Source of the DNA: Pseudogymnoascus verrucosus
Taxonomy: Eukaryota
Strand: one strand, 5' to 3'
Length of the DNA stretch: 39,283 nt
Assembly (NCBI GenBank): GCA_001662655.1
Contig: KV460223.1
Each line of letters starts with the position of its first letter. The first letter of the stretch is position 1. The position numbers were made by a program, and so were the translations under genes. The notes below the pieces were generated by a model that was given only the letters and a program-made list of their open reading frames with translations, did no database searches and had not been told where the DNA came from. This document shows, in pieces, positions 33,786 through 39,283 of this stretch.

Positions 33786-35617
33786 CTACACCCCCCCACC
33801 GCCCACCGGCTTCCTACTCACCCCCCCAACCGGCGACGGCAACCCCCCATCCCCCACCCCACCCCCCCTGGCCACCACCGGCGTAGGCAAACTGTTCCGT
33901 TCCGCCTGATGCGCATACACGATCTGCCCACTCTCCCCCGCCTCCTCACTCCTCGTAGCGCGATGTCTCCTCTCCCACTCCGCCCCGGCCCCCACCTCCG
34001 CCTCGGTCTCAGCAGCTTCATTCTCCAAAATCGGGCTCTGCCCCCCCGGAAGGGGGGGCGTGAGGAGTTGCGACATCCCCGAGCCGGCGCTGCTGCGTTT
34101 GCGGCGGTGGGCGATGAATTCGAAACTTTTGGTCTTTTTGTGGCTGTCTACGCTGGAGCGGTTCGCTGCGCTGCTACCAGCAACCACGCCTGCAGCAGCA
34201 GATGACTCCTGCTCAGACATCTCCACCAACCCACTCCGCTGATCCAACTCCGCGATCCCGATCCCCGGCCCGCTTCCCGCTGAGAGGGCACTGACATCGC
34301 TAATCTGCGACCAATGCCTATTCCCTCCCGGCGACGGATTGCTGATCCTTCCAAAGCGGAGGTTTTGGTCCCGTATCGCTGGGTCTGGGACTGGCTCGCC
34401 CCAGGATGCTGAGGTAGGGTACCCGGGTGAGTAGGGCGAGATATTGCTGGGACTGCCTTGGCCGGAGTGGTGGCGTGTGTCGAAGTATTGCGCGTCTCCT
34501 AGGGGGACGGCTTGGTAGCCGCCGCCCTGCGTGTTTCCTAGGGGTGGCGAGGCGTAGGGGCTGGGGATGGGTGGGGAGATTGCGGGAGCTTGAGTGATCT
34601 GTGTGTCGTAGCTTGAGTTGTGTGTTGGGGTAGGGCGCGAGAGGTGGGGGGTTGCGGCGCCGGAGGAAGTCATCATTAGGGGGTCGATGGACATATTATC
34701 GAAGTCGACATTTGTTGGACCCGAGCCCGGGGCGCCGCTGTTGCCGCCGTTAGGGCCACGGTTCTTGGACATGGGCGTGCGGTTTGAGCCGGAGCCGGAG
34801 GTGCGGTGGCCTTCGGATTGTTTGGCTACGGCGTTGATGCGCCGCAGCACACACCAGCCTGTTGCGATGATGGCGATGAGGATTACAACTACCCCCACTA
34901 CGATGCCGGCGAGAGCACCTTTTGAGAGACCGGATGATGAACTTGGTGTCGACGCTACCTTGGCGATTGGAATTGTAGTTGGCGTGAATCTGGGGACTGC
35001 TGCTGTTGCTACTGGACTAGGCCCCAATGTGGGTTGAGTTGAAGGCATATATGCGGTACTGATGACGGTATTAACTGTTGCAACATGGCCCTTTGAATCC
35101 GTCTTCGTTGTCACGACCGTTACTTTGACTGTGGAAAGTGCTGTCGCGTAACAGTATCCCTGGCCGCAGGCATAGGTACTATGGCAGCAGCCACCGAAGG
35201 CGGCGGGGCAGTGAGTAGATGATGCATCGCAAGGCGTGCTTATTGTCGAGCTCGTGGTCGGAATGCAGCTATTGCTCGCACATGCGTAACCTGGCAGACA
35301 ACATCCACCTGGGAGAGATTAGCCCGAGATTCTATCCCATAGAAGGAGGAAATATACATACCGCCGTCAACGAGCCTACACTCCTGATATCCAAGCTGTG
35401 TGCAAATAGATAGCGGGGTAGGTGTTGTCGCATAGCAACTGCTGGTTCCGCAAGAGTGGTCACTGGGACAGCATCCGCCACTTAATGATGACGGGCACAG
35501 CGCATAGTTTTGTGGACATTCGTCAGTCCTTTTGTATAATGGCGCTTTTGTAAAGGTCATATCCCGCATCGCTAGTATCGCAGCTGGCTGCTTTGGAACT
35601 CCAGTGGGCGCAACCAT
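33786..35617 (-). CDS. Single-pass membrane protein with Cys-rich repeats, an S/T stalk, a TM segment and a P/S-rich cytoplasmic tail (Mid2/sensor-like architecture). Intron 35361-35309; may start at 35738 via an extra intron 35729-35636
   Basis: Three C..GGCC....C....C repeats (CPSSLSGGCCPSDHSC, DGGGCCLPGYAC, CPAAFGGCCHSTYAC) joined in frame by a GTATGT...CTAAT...CAG intron. TM LAGIVVGVVVILIAIIATGWCVL followed by RR. Confidence 0.8.
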
Positions 35618-36786
35618 GATTAATTGGAATGAGAGCTAATTGCAATGAATCGCTTGCGCCGGCACTATTCGTATCGTATGCAGAAGGTATTGGATGGTAA
35701 TTTCGGGACACGTCGTTCTAGAAGCTCACATCCGTCATCTCGGCATTGAAGGTGGGTGGTCTTGGCGCATGTATAGATTTCGACTGCTGAGTCGCAAACT
35801 CGCGCCCTCTTCGAAAGTTTGTTCAATAGCTCAATCCCCCTGTCGCTTTGGAGAAACTCGTCGCCGTTTTGCGATCAATAAATGTCGTCGTTGGGCTGGG
35901 CTTACGGCGGTTGCGTGTTCTCTGTCGCAATGCGATGCGCTCCCCCGCGCTACCTCTGCTGGAGCCTTGCCACGAATTCCAAATAAGATATATACAGCAC
36001 CTCGCGCTTCAAGTCGTATCTCAGACCGATGGAATAAAAAGTATAGAAACAGTATCTATCCAGAGCATATACTCTGCAAAAACCCGACAACGCGTTGACT
36101 CGAAAGAAGAGAAAGAATGGCGCAAATCCCGAAATAGATTTACCTATGGGACGGGACTCTCACTCAGCTTATGTACCTGAAGCCCACCAGCTCCGTCTGG
36201 CTGCAGTGGCTCCACGACCACGACGATGAATCCCTCCGCGGGAACGAAGGGCTGACAGTGTGGCCACCCAGACGATGGGTAATCGCCCATGCATGCTCCA
36301 TATCGAACCAGGATGGCACAGCCCGGAGCGAGATGCCTGGCTGTTCCGACGAATGGTGAGGTCGGAAGGATCATGCTTGCTGCAGAGGGAGGGATGGTCC
36401 ACGAGTGGGAGTGCAACGTCGCGGCTGGTAAAAGGACCGGTGAAGATAGTTCGTGGTGGGGGGGGGGGAGGGGGAGAGGGGGGAAGGATGCGATGGTTTC
36501 TCAGCCACGATGGGGCATGACAGGTAAGTGATGGACGTGGTAATAGCCATGAGTGGCCATGAACAGCCACGACCACGAGGTGAACAGCCACCACGGATAG
36601 TTGACCGCAGATACTGGGTTGTTGATCAAATAGAGTAGTAAGAATCGTAAGACGAGTCGGGTCAGCGTCAGCCCTATGGTGAAGTGTGAGTATATATGGC
36701 GGTGCTGGAGATGTATGAAGAGTGTGCATCTTCGTATGTACAGTACAGCCAGTACTGCACTGCACAACTCAAGCTTAACAGACAAG

Positions 36787-36803
36787 CACACACACACACA
36801 CAC
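36787..36803. repeat. (CA)8 microsatellite
   Basis: cacacacacacacacac. Confidence 0.8.
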
Positions 36804-37493
36804 GATATACGCGAGCTTGACAGGTCAATAATACTCGACTAGTATGTAATATTTAATATATATAATATACCCTTTAAGCTCGGCGACAGGGAGTTGTTCC
36901 TTTAATATTGGCAAAGACAGATACCCTTTATGCCGAGAAGGATGTAGGCACCGCACCACCACCTTCCTGTTGTACGTATGTCCGTTGCTGCCCATGTGCG
37001 CATCTGCGTGTCTTCTCAAAAATGCTGAATACAACACAACGCCCAGGCCTTCGTCATGTGCCTCGTCATCTCCCCCTCGACGCCTCTCAGCACCACCAAA
37101 TAGATCAAACCCAGACAAAAGCCAAGTAATAACGACCTCCTACCTATATTCAAGCTCAATATATCCAAGAACCTCACTGTATTTCATATTCAAGTCTAGC
37201 ACGTGATGCCAAGTCCAGGCCCCCAGTGACGTTCCTTGGCAGATCAGAGAAGCACGTACGCGAGCGACCACCTCGTCATGACCAAGACGGGCCAAGTAGC
37301 AGCAACAGCGACGACAGCGACGACAGCGACAGGAGCACGCAACACACTCCCCTCACCTCCACCACACTGAAAGCAAACGGACGGACATACATAGTCCTCA
37401 TACCACGTCCCTCTCACCACCTGCACCCACCCGCCTCCTTGCATCTCGATCCCCGAATCCCCGGAGCTTAGCTCCCACCCACAACCACGCAGG

Positions 37494-38703
37494 ATGCACA
37501 TCCCCCCCGCCAACATGGCAATGCCGACGCTGCTCTCCCTCCTCCTCCTCCCCCTCTCCGCCGCGGCGCTGGGGACGATAGATTGCTCCAAGATGCTAGC
37601 GGACAAGCATAACTTCGATCTCAGCGCGCTGGATGGACCGCACTCGGTCATGCATGGCGTGGAGCAGCCGCCGTCGTTTTTGAATACTACGTATACGATT
37701 AATATCTGTCGGCCGCTGGTGCCGGATAGTGATGCGAAGAAGGAAGAGAGGTGTCCGGGGCCTACGAGAGGTTTGTCTTTCCCTTTTCCCTTTCCCCAGT
37801 CCCTGCCCTCATTCCCCTTGTCCCCCCCTTCCCAATCCAATCCACTCTACCACACCACCACCCAAACGAAAACCGGAAAAACGAAATAAGGATCCTAACT
37901 AACCCCCCCACAGTCTGCGCAATAGAGCGCCTCATCAACCCCATCGAAAAATCCACCACCATCTCCCGCGTCATCCCCATAGCAGGCGACCTGCAAAACT
38001 TCCCCGGCGGCACCCTCCTCGACGCCTCCTACACGCGTCTCCGCACCGCCCCATCCCCCGCCGACCAAGCGCGCGAGGGCATCCGTGTGGAACTACACGG
38101 GGGTTCGTATAACGGGCGCAAACAGCGCGCGGTGGTGGAGTTTCTGTGTGATCCTGAGGTGGAGGGGACGGAGGAGGAGGAGGAGAGTGTGTTGGATGTG
38201 TATAGGAGAGAGGAGAAGGGGGAGAAGGAGGAGGGGGGAAAGGGGAATAGCACGACGAGAGCGACGAAGTCGTTGGTGTTTAAGAAGTATGGACCTGAGG
38301 GGGCGAAGGGGGAGGTTGATGTGTTGACGCTGGAGTGGAGGACGAAGTATGCTTGTGAGAATGTTTCTGGCGGGGGGGGAGGCGGGAAGGAGAAGGGGAA
38401 TTGGGGGTTTTTCACTTGGTTTATTATTATGTTCGTCACCCCCCATATCCCAACCATCCCAACCTCTATTCGGTTCACTGGGGGGCAAACAAGCTAACAC
38501 TTAACAGCGCATTCCTATCCACAGCAGCCTACCTCATCTTCGGCTCCTGGCTCAACTACAACCGCTACGGCGCCAGGGGGTGGGACCTCCTCCCCCACGG
38601 CGACACCATCCGCGACATCCCCTACCTCGCCAAGGACTGGTCCCGCCGCGTCTTCAACACCGTGCAGGACAGCGGATCGAGGGGCGGATATTCCGCCGTA
38701 TAG
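37494..38703 (+). CDS. ATG27: Autophagy protein Atg27 (MRH domain, type I TM). Exons 37494-37770, 37914-38430, 38508-38703
   Basis: Signal peptide, FDLSALDGPHSV, YTINICRPL, AVVEFLCD, LTLEWRTKYACE, TM WGFFTWFIIIAFL..AAYLIFGSW, NYNRYGARGWDLLPH and C-terminal GGYSAV. Confidence 0.95.
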
Positions 38704-39283
38704 ACCGTATCATTCCGTGTGTTGTTTTCCGCGTCTTGGAAAATTGAGAAAAAGGGGATACTGTTGTTTTTCTACCGTGTCTTTTTAGGGTGTTGCTTAG
38801 TATACTTAACTTGGTGCCTTGGCCTGTTTTTGGCGTTCGTTGTAGGACCACAGCAGCAGCAGGAAGTCCCTGATTAGGGGGATGGGTTTTTTGTAGCATA
38901 TAGATGGGTCTTGGAATGGGATTTTAATGTCCGTGGTGCCATTGTGCACCATGTCTTTTTCTCGCACACTTTCCACGCTTCACACTTCCGTACCATGAAT
39001 CTGTATCTGCATCTCACTCGAACCAAACAGCGAAGAAAGTTGAACAGACTAATATTATTATAACACGCTGGCTACATATATCCAGACTTACTGTAGTAGT
39101 TAAGTTACGTCCCGTGTTTATCCTCCGCAGACAGACAAGACCTATCCATCTAACCCTGCCATTATCACCCTTATGGCCCCCGAAAATATCAAAGATGCCT
39201 GCCTCACTACCAACCAACCGAAACGCCCCGTCTTTTCCCACAATGCTACCTACCGAGACGCCAAATCCCATGCACACACACNT

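Noticed and set aside
35700..37450. Numerous overlapping ORFs between the Cys-rich membrane gene and ATG27
   Set aside because: Low-complexity divergent promoter and UTR sequence with no domain or consistent coding bias.
39014..39283. 87-aa minus-strand ORF at the window end
   Set aside because: No recognisable features. The sequence ends in a CA run and an N, likely an assembly gap.

Overview
Eukaryotic, intron-containing DNA from a filamentous ascomycete. Short GT-AG introns with CTRAY branch sites and C-rich-to-G-rich exon skew suggest a Leotiomycete such as Pseudogymnoascus, which is an inference. The left half (1-19.5 kb) is a dense run of mostly housekeeping genes: 5'-truncated LHS1-type ER Hsp70, a DUF1304 membrane protein, a Pth11-like membrane protein, prefoldin 4, a small PY-motif membrane protein, APC10, SDA1, SPT20, a PEX22-like peroxin and eIF2B-gamma. 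A ~3.5 kb gene-free stretch follows. The right half holds an orphan single-TM protein, a BrlA-like C2H2 factor, a degenerate ~28-bp minisatellite, a conserved protein with a possible degenerate PD-(D/E)xK fold, an F-box/LRR protein, a Cys-rich single-pass membrane protein and ATG27. The best candidate for something new is the long, hairpin-packed first intron of eIF2B-gamma. It has competing stems around a cryptic frameshifting micro-exon and lies downstream of a Gcn4/CpcA site. I recognised no tRNA, rRNA, CRISPR array or intact transposon. Exon boundaries were derived by hand and are predictions.
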